Source: an uncultured Nitrospiraceae bacterium
GTDB taxonomy: Bacteria > Nitrospirota > Nitrospiria > Nitrospirales > Nitrospiraceae
Reading direction: 5' to 3'
Length of the DNA: 64,000 bases
NCBI GenBank assembly: GCA_963730935.1
Contig: CAVSTP010000004.1
Location: forward strand, 96,001 to 160,000
The position numbers and the translations under genes were made by a program. Positions 1-8,987 of the stretch are shown in pieces. Position 1 is the stretch's first letter. Each line of letters opens with the position of its first letter. Under the pieces are notes generated by a model. It was not told the DNA's origin. It did not search any database and was given only the letters and a program-made list of their open reading frames with translations.

Positions 1-253
1 ATATCGTCTCCAGTCCCCAGGCTGGGGATCATCCTTCACGTGTGTGGACCGCAATCATGTTGGCGGCTCCATTGGCCCCGCAAATTCTCCTGAACAATCC
101 GATAGCCGCACCGTCACATTTTCCTCTTTTGTTCCTCGGTCGTTTACCGGCCAGTGCTGCGGCGCAAATATGCGTGGAGCGTCATTTTAAATTCCTAGAA
201 ATGTTCTCCAGAAGATCAATTCCACGGTCAATGCCGACACCTAGAAGGTCCTA

Positions 254-1126
254 CTACCTGCCTTCGCTTTCGACTTCAATGGCTACTTCCCAACGTCTTG
301 ACTCGGCCTGACCCATATCAAACTCAATCCTTTCAACTAATTTCTTTAGTTCCTCATAGTATCCTTTGGCTTCTGGTCGAAGACTCAGCACTTGGTAGCC
401 ATGACAGCTAATCTCAGCATCCCGCACGGCATCTGCCTTCTCTTGCCGATCACTGTGAGCTGCGTCCAATTGGATCGCATACCATTTGTACTTCCAATAA
501 CTCAACGGCACGAACACCGCGAAATCCGGCCTACGACGCTCCGCGATTCCGAGGCGTGGCTGAGGTAATAACGCAGGAAAAGTCCTGTCCCGCACGAACC
601 CGAAGTATGCGTGAAGAAACCGTTGTTCAGCGGGTGTTTGGCAAAGGGCAGCAAGCTTCTCCCACAGTGGACATGTTTTTTCACCGATTGTCCAACCAGC
701 AAGCAAATGGCACCGTGGACGAGGAGTATCTGGGTAGTATGGAACATCGTTTTCAAGGCAGTTGTCTGAGAAAACACGCTCGCCCAATACCTCTCCTTGG
801 CATTCTGGGGTGTACCACCCACAGTCACGTAGGGTTCGATTAGCCTGGAAAATGAACGATCTGGTTGAGTAGGGTAACGCCCAGTCATGGCCCGACGAAT
901 AGCCAGGTGGAATTGGATAGACCTGAAGCAAGTTTTTATTATCAGCCCCCAAGTACAGCGTCCTGGGGACATTGGGCCAATCAGGTAGTGCATGGCAGAG
1001 ATTTCCTTTTTTGCAGCTTGCACAAGTCCAATGTCCGGAACTATTGGGGGGCGACTTTGCCAACCACGACCAAGTTTTCCCGCAGTGTGCACAAGTGGAT
1101 TTCCAAAGCCTGTCATTATACCCCAT
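254..1126 (-). CDS. Zn-ribbon + DUF559/Vsr-like putative endonuclease (island cargo)
   Basis: N-terminal CAHC...CASC; C-terminal RRPDF...AIQLDAAH...ADAVRDAEISCHGYQVLSL resembles DUF559/Vsr-like nucleases; AAGGAG RBS before the ATG; visibly more AT-rich than flanking genes. Confidence 0.6.
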   Translation of the reverse strand: MGYNDRLWKSTCAHCGKTWSWLAKSPPNSSGHWTCASCKKGNLCHALPDWPNVPRTLYLGADNKNLLQVYPIPPGYSSGHDWALPYSTRSFIFQANRTLRDCGWYTPECQGEVLGERVFSDNCLENDVPYYPDTPRPRCHLLAGWTIGEKTCPLWEKLAALCQTPAEQRFLHAYFGFVRDRTFPALLPQPRLGIAERRRPDFAVFVPLSYWKYKWYAIQLDAAHSDRQEKADAVRDAEISCHGYQVLSLRPEAKGYYEELKKLVERIEFDMGQAESRRWEVAIEVESEGR

Positions 1127-1341
1127 GGTGAACTCCTTTAATATTTTGTGTCGCAGTGCAGTGCATTAAGGTCCGTCCTATATGGTTTTTGAAAAATGTC
1201 AAGCTGACGGGTTGGCCGTCTAACGCCTTTCTTCCTATTCCCCAGGTCCTCTTCCCAGGGAAGCAATCAGCACAAGCCAAATGCTTGCGATTTTGGCGAC
1301 GAACGCTTCGATTGGCCTCTATAAGACCAAAGCCAGGCCCA

Positions 1342-1411
1342 AAAAGTGTTGTGAAAAGCGTTGTGAAATAAGTGGGGAAACGAGGGGAAACCTGGGGAAA
1401 GCGTGGGGAAA
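1342..1411. repeat. att-arm-like repeat cluster: 2x AAAAGYGTTGTGAAA (12-bp period) then 4x GGGGAAA (10-11-bp period)
   Basis: Read directly at 1342-1356/1354-1368 and 1371-1411; about 80-150 bp from the tRNA breakpoint. Confidence 0.75.
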
Positions 1412-1492
1412 GGCTGAATCGCTCATTCCCCCAGTGTTCATGCGGTGATGCTTATCGCTTTTTCAAGACCGTTTCCGTGCTATGGTCGGAAA

Positions 1493-1534
1493 AGTTTTCG
1501 AGACTGCCCGATTCGGCCGCTCTCGCACCTCTCC
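1493..1534 (-). tRNA. tRNA-Ser(CGA), 5' half only (interrupted)
   Basis: Minus strand GGAGAGGTGCGAGAGCGGCCGAATCGGGCAGT-CTCGAAA-ACT gives the acceptor 5' strand, D arm and CGA anticodon (1498-1500); it then continues TTTCCGACC with no variable arm, GGTTCGAATCC T-arm or CCA end. Confidence 0.85.
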
Positions 1535-1599
1535 GTTCGTAGGCTGTGCCGAAGCTCCGGCGGGATATGTGGGGATGGCTTCAGCGAATCGACTGGGCG

Positions 1600-1628
1600 A
1601 GCTTACCGTGGGGCAGACTAATTTTCAA
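1600..1628 (-). promoter_or_regulatory. sigma70-like promoter of the tRNA gene
   Basis: TTGAAA-17 bp-TAAGCT on the minus strand, about 65 bp upstream of the tRNA 5' end. Confidence 0.55.
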
Positions 1629-1701
1629 TTGGTTTTCTTTCCACGCCTCGTATCGCTACCATAGCGTCTGGTGACCAGCTCATCCATTCGGAGCCTCGGA
1701 A

Positions 1702-2484
1702 GTGACCTCGTCGCTTGAACCAATCCTGGCCTTTCCGCCCGTGAACGAACTCGCGAGCCGACGCACGGATCAAGTTGCGCTGAAGCACGGTACTGTGGAT
1801 CTTTGGAGCTCCTCACTTGAAGTCGAGGAGTCGGTACTCGAATACTGTCATGCCTGTCTCAGCGAAGAGGAGCGTGCTCGCGCCGCCCGATTCGTTCGTC
1901 TTCAAGATCAGATTCGGTTTACCTTGGCGCACGGCGCCCTTCGCGTTGTGCTTGCTCGGTATCTGGGTGTCGAGCCGGCAGTGCTCCGGTTCCAGCCAGG
2001 GCCGACGGGCAAACCGGCCTTGCTGGACCAGCAGGGCGGTCCTCATGTCCTGCGCTTCAACTTGTCGCATTCTCACGGCCGAATGCTTGTAGCAATTGCG
2101 AACGGACAGGAGGTCGGAATCGATCTGGAGCAGGTCCGCGGCAATCTCGAGCCGCTTAAGCTTGCCGAACGGTTTTACACTCAGACGGAATACGAAACGA
2201 TCAAGACTCGGCCCGCCGCCGATCAGGCCTTTCAATTTTACCGTCTCTGGGTGGCTAAAGAAGCCTTGCTCAAGGCGCAAGGAGCCGGACTCGCATCGCT
2301 TCAGCGATGCGAGATTCTTGTGCTCGACTCGTTGTCACGGGGGAGCGTCCGCTTGTCAAGCGATTCGGCGATGCAACCGGGCTGGACGGTTCAGTGGTTG
2401 AGCTGCGGGCAAGGTTGGCAAGGAGCGGTGTCAGCGTTCGGCAATGACTGGTCCGTACGGGTGCTCGATGCCATGAGTCTCTGA
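1702..2484 (+). CDS. 4'-phosphopantetheinyl transferase (Sfp family)
   Basis: FNLSHS, VGIDLE and WVAKEALLKAQG motifs. Confidence 0.92.
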   Translation: MTSSLEPILAFPPVNELASRRTDQVALKHGTVDLWSSSLEVEESVLEYCHACLSEEERARAARFVRLQDQIRFTLAHGALRVVLARYLGVEPAVLRFQPGPTGKPALLDQQGGPHVLRFNLSHSHGRMLVAIANGQEVGIDLEQVRGNLEPLKLAERFYTQTEYETIKTRPAADQAFQFYRLWVAKEALLKAQGAGLASLQRCEILVLDSLSRGSVRLSSDSAMQPGWTVQWLSCGQGWQGAVSAFGNDWSVRVLDAMSL

Positions 2485-2490
2485 GGTACT

Positions 2491-2976
2491 TCACCCGGTT
2501 CTGCCATCTTGTGTTCTGAGCTCCTTAAAGAATTGCGACAGCATCTGCTGGCTCTCTTCCTCGAGAATCCCTCCCACCACTTCGACCCGATGGTTCAAGC
2601 GGGGATCGCTCGCGAAGTCGAGCACCGATCCACAGGCGCCGGCCTTGGGATCTCTGGCGCCGAACACGAGTGTGGGAATCCGCGCCAGCAGGATGGCGCC
2701 AAGACACATCGCGCAGGGCTCAAGGGTGACGAACAGCGTCGTATCGATCAATCTCCATCGACCAAGCGCCCTGGCAGCCTCGCGAATCACGATCATTTCA
2801 GCATGGGCCGTAGGGTCCTGCCAGGTCTCGCGATGGTTGTGGGATTGGGCGAGGACGGTTCCCTGCTGCACGAGCACCGCGCCGATGGGCACCTCCTCCG
2901 CAGCGGCGCTTTGCATCGCCTGATCGAGGGCCAGGCGCATGAACACGCGGTGATCTTCACTAAAATTGCCGTCCAT
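2491..2976 (-). CDS. tadA: tRNA adenosine(34) deaminase
   Basis: EVPIGAV, TAHAE, TLEPCAMC and DPKAGACGS motifs. Confidence 0.95.
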   Translation of the reverse strand: MDGNFSEDHRVFMRLALDQAMQSAAAEEVPIGAVLVQQGTVLAQSHNHRETWQDPTAHAEMIVIREAARALGRWRLIDTTLFVTLEPCAMCLGAILLARIPTLVFGARDPKAGACGSVLDFASDPRLNHRVEVVGGILEEESQQMLSQFFKELRTQDGRTG

Positions 2977-3026
2977 CGGCGCCGGTTGTAACGGGGTTTT
3001 GAGGGTGAGGTCAAGCCGCAGTGGAC

Positions 3027-4040
3027 TCAGGAGGACCGCTGACCGGCCAGATAGATGGGTCCCGTCGGTTGCGGACGGCCGCCGGCTGGCTCGAGGCTCA
3101 CGGCGAACTTGCGGGCCTTCTCGAACTCCGGTAGTCGTTTGACCAACAGATGGGCCATCTCCCCGGCGTCAATGTGGAACGTTCCCACACTGACCGGTCT
3201 CTGGTCGATCGCCCACAGCTGATAGGCAGTGCCGGTCGGACATTCCGGCAGATTAGCGGAATAGAGCCAGACTTTCTGTGTGACAGGGTTATAGAGCAAG
3301 ACCCCACTGGCTCCCTTTGCGACGTCCGAGGCAGCGAGGCTCACGACTTTGGCGTCGGGTCGACGCAGCAATGCGGCAAATTCGTCCTGAGGAACCTTGC
3401 CGCGCATCGTCGCGTTGAGCTGCTCACGAGCGGTTTCGAGTTCCACTTCGCGATCTAACAGCTGGTTTTTGATCTCGACTGCGTCGTTCGCTTTGCGCTG
3501 CATATCGACCTGTAAGTCGGCCAGCGAACGATCTCTGAAGCTCAAGTCGCGCTTAAGCATTGCGATCTTAGTCGACTGTTCGGCGAGAGTGGCCTCCAAT
3601 TGCTGAATCTTCATGGCATCCTCCGACAGGCGCGTCGAATAGGACCAGAGGAAATAGCCGGCCAGCGAAATGAGGAGCACGCTTGCCGATCCGACCGCCC
3701 ACGGCAGCGAGAGCGACCGGGCGGGGGCAATGGGCGGAAACAAGTGATTCATCCATTCACCGGGCTCCAGACTTGGCCGGCCGCCCTCCTTCAGGAGGTT
3801 TTCGACCGCGATGGGAGCAGGGTTTCGAGCCGCCATGACCTTCGATTTCAATGCGCGTGGTGCTTGCGTGGGCGACAGACCGAAGGGCAGGAGCGAGGCA
3901 ACCGATTGGTAGTCTTTCAGCGCAGTCCGACAGGACTGGCACCCGGACAAGAGATGCGCTTCCAATGCCTGGCGCTCCGCTCGGTCGAGGGCGCCGGCGG
4001 CATATAAAGGAACGGCTTCTTCCAGCTCGTCGTGCGTCAT
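3027..4040 (-). CDS. Anti-sigma factor, RskA-like (ZAS N-terminus, TM, long coiled coil, RskA C-domain)
   Basis: HLLSGCQSC zinc motif, one TM segment, YQLWAI...FAVSLEPAGG.PQPTGP; overlaps the sigma gene stop. Confidence 0.9.
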   Translation of the reverse strand: MTHDELEEAVPLYAAGALDRAERQALEAHLLSGCQSCRTALKDYQSVASLLPFGLSPTQAPRALKSKVMAARNPAPIAVENLLKEGGRPSLEPGEWMNHLFPPIAPARSLSLPWAVGSASVLLISLAGYFLWSYSTRLSEDAMKIQQLEATLAEQSTKIAMLKRDLSFRDRSLADLQVDMQRKANDAVEIKNQLLDREVELETAREQLNATMRGKVPQDEFAALLRRPDAKVVSLAASDVAKGASGVLLYNPVTQKVWLYSANLPECPTGTAYQLWAIDQRPVSVGTFHIDAGEMAHLLVKRLPEFEKARKFAVSLEPAGGRPQPTGPIYLAGQRSS

Positions 4041-4639
4041 CCGATGTCACCCTGTTCCCACGAGCGTCGAAGGCTTTCCCGGAGCTTCGACATCCCCAGC
4101 TTGATTCTGGTCTTCACGGTGCCGAGGGGTTGATTCAGCCGTGCGGCAATTTCCACGTGCGAGAGCCCTTCATAATACGCCAATTCGATCGCTTGCTGTT
4201 GCGCCGGCGGAAGACTGGTGATGGCATTACCCACCGCGATTCGGAGCTCCTGATCGGCCTGTGTCTCGTAGGGGCTTGGTCCCAAATCTGCCACGCCGGA
4301 AGAGACCGCTTCATCCAATCGCAATGTGGCATTCTGGCCGCGCACGGCGCGTGCGCGTAACCGGTCGATCGCACGGCTCCGAGTCAACGTAATCAGCCAG
4401 GCGATCGGCGTCCCGCGCCCGATGTCGTATCGGGCAACTTTGCGCCACACCTCGAGATACACATCTTGGAGCAGTTCTGCCGCTTCATCTCGATTGCCCA
4501 AGATGCGAAAGGCCAATGTGTACAACAATGCGCTGGAGTGGTCATAGAGCTGGCTAAACGCCTGTTGGTCGCCCTTGACAATGCTTGCGAGCAGAGTCGG
4601 GTCGATCGCAGACGTGGCGCGTCGTGTGGGTGTGTCCAT
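4037..4639 (-). CDS. ECF sigma-70 factor (SigK-like)
   Basis: AFSQLYD, AELLQDVYLEVW, LAYYEGLSHVEIA..LGTVKTRI. Confidence 0.95.
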   Translation of the reverse strand: MDTPTRRATSAIDPTLLASIVKGDQQAFSQLYDHSSALLYTLAFRILGNRDEAAELLQDVYLEVWRKVARYDIGRGTPIAWLITLTRSRAIDRLRARAVRGQNATLRLDEAVSSGVADLGPSPYETQADQELRIAVGNAITSLPPAQQQAIELAYYEGLSHVEIAARLNQPLGTVKTRIKLGMSKLRESLRRSWEQGDIG

Positions 4640-4700
4640 AAGAAGCGATGGGCAAATGGGCCGGAAGGAATCACCTCACGTCCGCCACAACTATAGCATC

Positions 4701-4726
4701 TACGGCTAAAAGCGCCAAAAGGATCT
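4701..4726 (-). promoter_or_regulatory. Putative autoregulatory ECF promoter
   Basis: AGATCC-16 bp-CGTA, about 60 bp upstream of the sigma ATG; matches the GATCC/CGTA pattern of RskA-coupled ECFs. Confidence 0.55.
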
Positions 4727-4775
4727 GTATAACAGTTTTCGATTTTGGCTCAGTTTGTCACATAGTTGTATAGGG

Positions 4776-5852
4776 CTACTGAAAGTATTTCAGTAAGGCT
4801 TTGGACGCGTCGACCACCCCGGTCATGAGTGCATGCCCCGTAGTGGTCCTGACGCCGGCAATTGCCTCTAGGGCCGGTCGCCAGTTTCCCGAAGCGAAAT
4901 CGCCTCGGGTCAGCTCCTGGCCTCGTCCATGGTCATGGAGATATTTGACGAGAGGAGCCTCATCCGCAAAGTTGTAGCGCCTGACGTAGATCACCGGTAG
5001 GCCAAGGGCGACCGCTTCGAGGATGGTGCCGTAGCCCGGTTTCGTCATGACCACGTCGACAGAGGCCAGTGCCGTTTTGAACGAGAACGGCACTGAGGAC
5101 AGCGGGTGGATATGTGGGGAGGCACGCTCAAGGCCGTCGACGAGGAAGTGATATCCCTCTATTCGCTCCATCTGATCCCACGGCAAGGTTTGAAGAGGAA
5201 TGCCTCCGAAGCCCACGAGGATCAGCCGTTCCGACTCCGTGATTCCCAACCTTGAGCGGAGCTGTTCCCGCTGTGATCGGGCAGGCTCGGCGATTGGACC
5301 GATGTCGACCACCTTGCGGACCCCCGACAAGGAAAGCCCTGGAGCGATACGCAAGGCCATGTCAGCATCTGCATAGGAGCGCTCGATCGCGCTCACGATG
5401 TTTTGGTGTTCCGAGGGAGAGGTGTCAAAACAGCGCAGGACATCGCTCCAGGTGAAACTGGCCACAACGATGGCGGGAATGCCGGTGTGTTTTCCTGCCG
5501 AAAGGGCTAAATAGGGTGTGTCGGCAAGAACCATTGCAGGCGCCGCCGCTGCCAGGGCCGCCGTTTCTGTGGCCATGCGAGATTCCCACGATGCGTGAAA
5601 TCGCCGGTGCGCTTCCCAGGTGGCCGGAACGTCAATGTCCAGTGGTCCGTGTTGAACGCATCCGACATCTTGCTGAACGGATTGCAGAGACCATGGAATC
5701 GTCAGCCGGTCGTGAAAAAATGACGCCGGTACCGTCGATCGCAAGATCGCAGTGAGACCCGGAAGATGGCGTCCGAGCTCATTGAGGATTGGAACGACTT
5801 GGGCGGCGTGTCCGAAACCATGACCCGAGATTGCACACCAGATCGTTGGCAA
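4776..5852 (-). CDS. GT-B fold glycosyltransferase-like protein
   Basis: ISGHGFGHA N-terminus, GFGG and TKPGYGTILEA motifs. Confidence 0.75.
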   Translation of the reverse strand: MPTIWCAISGHGFGHAAQVVPILNELGRHLPGLTAILRSTVPASFFHDRLTIPWSLQSVQQDVGCVQHGPLDIDVPATWEAHRRFHASWESRMATETAALAAAAPAMVLADTPYLALSAGKHTGIPAIVVASFTWSDVLRCFDTSPSEHQNIVSAIERSYADADMALRIAPGLSLSGVRKVVDIGPIAEPARSQREQLRSRLGITESERLILVGFGGIPLQTLPWDQMERIEGYHFLVDGLERASPHIHPLSSVPFSFKTALASVDVVMTKPGYGTILEAVALGLPVIYVRRYNFADEAPLVKYLHDHGRGQELTRGDFASGNWRPALEAIAGVRTTTGHALMTGVVDASKALLKYFQ

Positions 5853-5942
5853 GGTTACACCGATGAGGCGGTCTCAGTCCTGGGTTGGGTTTCAGCGAAG
5901 CGCGGAATCTCCTATGCTGAGGTCGGACCCTGTGCGCATCGT

Positions 5943-6134
5943 CTAATGGTCCGACTCCAGTGGAGCGATGTTGTACAGCAGTTCAAGGTCGAACTCCTCC
6001 ACCAGTTCGTTGAATGCATGGATCCCGAGGTCGGAGCGGACCTCGTTCATGACGAGATCGATGGCAGGACCTGCCTGCGGTCCGTATTGCTTAATGGCGG
6101 AATCAATGCGTTGCTTCGCGGTAGTAATGTGCAT
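5943..6134 (-). CDS. Small hypothetical protein (63 aa)
   Basis: Co-oriented 12 bp downstream of the TPR gene; protein-like composition. Confidence 0.6.
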   Translation of the reverse strand: MHITTAKQRIDSAIKQYGPQAGPAIDLVMNEVRSDLGIHAFNELVEEFDLELLYNIAPLESDH

Positions 6135-6146
6135 ATACAGCCAACG

Positions 6147-6464
6147 TTATCCGAGAGAACGAAGCAATGTTTGCATCTCAGGAACGAGATCCCGTCCGCC
6201 ATTGGACCGTCCGGAGATCGCGGCATCGATGCCGGCTTGCAGGACCCGTTTTGCTTCTTCCCGCTGCTTGACTCCGATCAGCGCGCGGCCCAAAGCCAGG
6301 TGTGACGCGACATGCACTGGGTCAAGTTGGACGGCGACACGGAGATGTTCCGCCGCTTCCTCGAAGCTGCCGCCCTCCTGCAGAATCCTGTTGCCGAGAC
6401 CGTATCGGCCCAAGAATCCGTTGGGATTCTTCGCCACCATCTCGCGGAACGAATTGATGTCCAT
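6147..6464 (-). CDS. Small TPR protein
   Basis: NPNGFLGRYGLG...AVQLDPVHVASHLALGRAL TPR pattern; GAAGG RBS. Confidence 0.8.
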   Translation of the reverse strand: MDINSFREMVAKNPNGFLGRYGLGNRILQEGGSFEEAAEHLRVAVQLDPVHVASHLALGRALIGVKQREEAKRVLQAGIDAAISGRSNGGRDLVPEMQTLLRSLG

Positions 6465-6555
6465 GCACCTTCTCCAGTTGCCGGAATGAACGCATCATAG
6501 CATCGGCGCGTTTCTCTGGGCCAGACGAAAAAATGTGTCGTGTGGAGCGCGGCCG

Positions 6556-7317
6556 TTATGGCTCTGCGGGAGCAGGAGTCGAAATTGGAATGGCGGCTGA
6601 TGCGGAAGCGGGTGGGCGCATGGTGCGTGGTTTGACCGAGACGCTGCGGATGCCTGATTCCGAAAGCGGCGCGCTGCTCGCCGAAAAAAATACGGTATCG
6701 TTGGCGATCTGCCTTGCCAGTTCGGTGAGACAGGATTCCGTTACATGGCCTTTCAACTCATCGACCATAATGGTGGTTGCGCCGAACAGATGGTAACGGA
6801 CGGTGCCGGCCGATTCGCTCTCGTAACGCTTGATCTGTCCATCCCACCGTTCTAATTCAAGCGACAAATGGGCACTGTAATCGTACTCGAAGGGAAGAAA
6901 CGGAGTGAGGAGGTACATTGACGCACCAATGACGATGCCCTTCCAGGCTGCGCCGCCTGCATGTGGATCGACGGCCTCATCGAAGAGAAGCCTGGCGCGC
7001 ACCGTCTTTTCGCCGTATGCCGGCGCGGACGTGTTGATGGATGTGAGGTGTGAGAACAGTCCGATATCTGCAAGAGAGCTCAGAATCCTCTGTGCGGTCT
7101 CGGCCGAAGGATTCTGCGGCGATCCGTTTCTGGTCGTGTGGATGCGGTCCAGGATCAGCGGCACTTGCTCGTCCCTGGCGATCATTTGAGCGGCACGATT
7201 ATCGGACTCCGCGGGGAGAGTCATCATTTCTATCCAGTACGAGCAGCCGCTGGTGGCGGTCAGCATCAGTCCACAACAGGCAAGCGTGAGGCCCCGAAGT
7301 TTGGGGGAAGCGTTCAC
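6556..7317 (-). CDS. Hypothetical lipoprotein
   Basis: Signal peptide with TSGC lipobox; GGAGG RBS; 10 bp downstream of the pagL-like gene. Confidence 0.7.
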   Translation of the reverse strand: MNASPKLRGLTLACCGLMLTATSGCSYWIEMMTLPAESDNRAAQMIARDEQVPLILDRIHTTRNGSPQNPSAETAQRILSSLADIGLFSHLTSINTSAPAYGEKTVRARLLFDEAVDPHAGGAAWKGIVIGASMYLLTPFLPFEYDYSAHLSLELERWDGQIKRYESESAGTVRYHLFGATTIMVDELKGHVTESCLTELARQIANDTVFFSASSAPLSESGIRSVSVKPRTMRPPASASAAIPISTPAPAEP

Positions 7318-7327
7318 AATGTACCTC

Positions 7328-7933
7328 CTAGAAGTAGAATGAGAAGCCTCCGAACGGCAGACTCGCGTTCAGGCCCAAATTGGGATATCGCGTGCCCGCA
7401 TTGGAAATATGGTGGAACCGATAGCCAACGTTGAACGACAGTTGGGGCGTGAAGAACCAGGAGAGGCCGCCGCCAGCCGTGAGAATGAAATTGAAGCGTG
7501 CAGACTCTTCGGGAATGCGGCCTCCGAGATCCGTGTAAAAGGGGCCGCCGGCGAACTCGATGTAGGGTCTGAGTCGGCCCGTGCCTTCGAACATCCACTT
7601 GATCTTGGGCGTGAATCCCACCCCATGAGTGAGTTCCGGCTCCTGAAACTGGATGTAGACGATTTCGGCGCCGAGCATGAGGTGTCCCCGAAGCCATCGC
7701 CAGCCGATCGGATCCGTCAGAACCATTGCCCACGAGGGCATGATCGCAGGACCGCTCTGTTTGGTACTGTGCTGGTCCGTCAGACGATTGGACAGCAGAT
7801 AGCCGGCGCTTAACCCGATCTCCTGTGTGCCTACCGTGAGGTGCGGGACCGTTTCCCCGGCTTCGCACGCAATCGAAAGGGACGAAAGCACGGCGGCGAA
7901 TGTAATGAGAGCGGCCAGCGGGGATCGCGTCAT
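7328..7933 (-). CDS. pagL: PagL-family lipid A 3-O-deacylase / acyloxyacyl hydrolase beta-barrel
   Basis: Signal peptide, YRFHHISNAG..PNLGLN catalytic motif, C-terminal Phe. Confidence 0.8.
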   Translation of the reverse strand: MTRSPLAALITFAAVLSSLSIACEAGETVPHLTVGTQEIGLSAGYLLSNRLTDQHSTKQSGPAIMPSWAMVLTDPIGWRWLRGHLMLGAEIVYIQFQEPELTHGVGFTPKIKWMFEGTGRLRPYIEFAGGPFYTDLGGRIPEESARFNFILTAGGGLSWFFTPQLSFNVGYRFHHISNAGTRYPNLGLNASLPFGGFSFYF

Positions 7934-8204
7934 TCAGCATCCGGTTGAACCTTTGTCGGCGGGAACCCGAGCCAACAGCAGGTAAGCAATCGTGACGCTT
8001 CTTAAGGTAACAGAGATTGTCTGGGTGTCCAGAAACTGAGGAAATATTGCAGAGACGATTTCAATGGATGTGAGCGTTATTTCCTACATGGACCTCATTA
8101 TATCGGTGCTGTGAAAGGACAATGTCACATTCTTGTTAAGGTGGCATTATGAAACCGTAAGTTTTGTGTCGAGTGATAGGCGGGCAAAACCATGGGTATC
8201 AAGA

Positions 8205-8972
8205 TCAGTCGCGGCAGCTCTTGAGGCGGGCCAACTCTTGAGAATCTCGGGACGACTCGACAAGGTTGTACTTCGCATCGATTAGGACCGTCCGCTCGAG
8301 GCACCGAATGGCGGAAAGGCTGTCTCCGCGGCGGCGATAGAGATCGGCCAGCAGGCGCAGAACGGCCGCCTCTCCAACCTCGGTCCCAAGCTTAATATAA
8401 TGCTCCGAGCCGTTGTTCAGGCAACGCTCGGCATTCTCGAGATCTCCCTGTTCCAGGAAGCATTGTCCCATTTGGCTGTAGGTCACGGCTAAACCCTCTT
8501 CATTTCCAACCATCCGGTGGTACGTCAGGGATTGGCCGAACGACTCGACAGCCTCCTTCCAGTGCTGTTCGCGCGCCTCCTCAAGGGCGAGGTTGTTGTA
8601 CAGGATGCCGAGCGCCCGGTGGTCTTTCAGGGCGCGAAGCAGGTCCATCGCCTCCATATAATAGGGACGGGCCTTTGCCGGATGGCCCGTCCCGATATGC
8701 AGGTTGCCGAGATTCACCAGCGTATGGGCGATGGCGTGCGGGTTTTGCTCGGTGCGTTGAATATGCAGCACTTCGCGGTAACAGCGCTCGGCCGTATCGA
8801 AATCTTCGATTAGCGCACAGGTGTTGCCAAGGTTGCCGAGGGAATTGGAGAGTTCCTGAAGATCATTCGTTGACCGGTCCTCCTCTACGGCGGCCTCCCA
8901 GGCCGCTCTCGCCTGCGCCAAATCGCCCCGATGGAGGAAGATCCTTGCACGGTGCTTGTGAGCCTCGGACAT
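8205..8972 (-). CDS. TPR protein (TPR_12-like repeats)
   Basis: Repeated SLGNLG / TLVNLGNL / LYNNLA / TYSQMG helices at about 40-aa spacing. Confidence 0.85.
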   Translation of the reverse strand: MSEAHKHRARIFLHRGDLAQARAAWEAAVEEDRSTNDLQELSNSLGNLGNTCALIEDFDTAERCYREVLHIQRTEQNPHAIAHTLVNLGNLHIGTGHPAKARPYYMEAMDLLRALKDHRALGILYNNLALEEAREQHWKEAVESFGQSLTYHRMVGNEEGLAVTYSQMGQCFLEQGDLENAERCLNNGSEHYIKLGTEVGEAAVLRLLADLYRRRGDSLSAIRCLERTVLIDAKYNLVESSRDSQELARLKSCRD

Positions 8973-8987
8973 GATCGGCCTGGACAG

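Larger units (their letters stand above)
1..1492. mobile_element. Terminus of an integrative element/genomic island inserted in tRNA-Ser(CGA); continues left of the window
   Basis: Broken tRNA, arm-type repeats and lower-GC cargo gene; no integrase visible in the window. Confidence 0.6.

Noticed and set aside
1156..1371. 71-aa ORF as an integrase remnant
   Set aside because: No catalytic motifs; its KSVVKSVVK tail just translates the DNA repeat
1371..1411. Short regular repeats as a CRISPR array
   Set aside because: Units of about 10 bp with no spacers and no cas genes; no CRISPR array was seen anywhere in the window
1440..1500. Group I intron in the tRNA
   Set aside because: The break lies after a complete anticodon loop plus 3 stem bases, not inside the loop; no intron core or 3' exon is visible
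1702..2484. NRPS/PKS cluster implied by the PPTase
   Set aside because: No carrier-protein or synthase genes in the window
8110..8129. TGTGA...TCACA as a CRP/FNR site
   Set aside because: Spacer is 10 bp rather than the required 6
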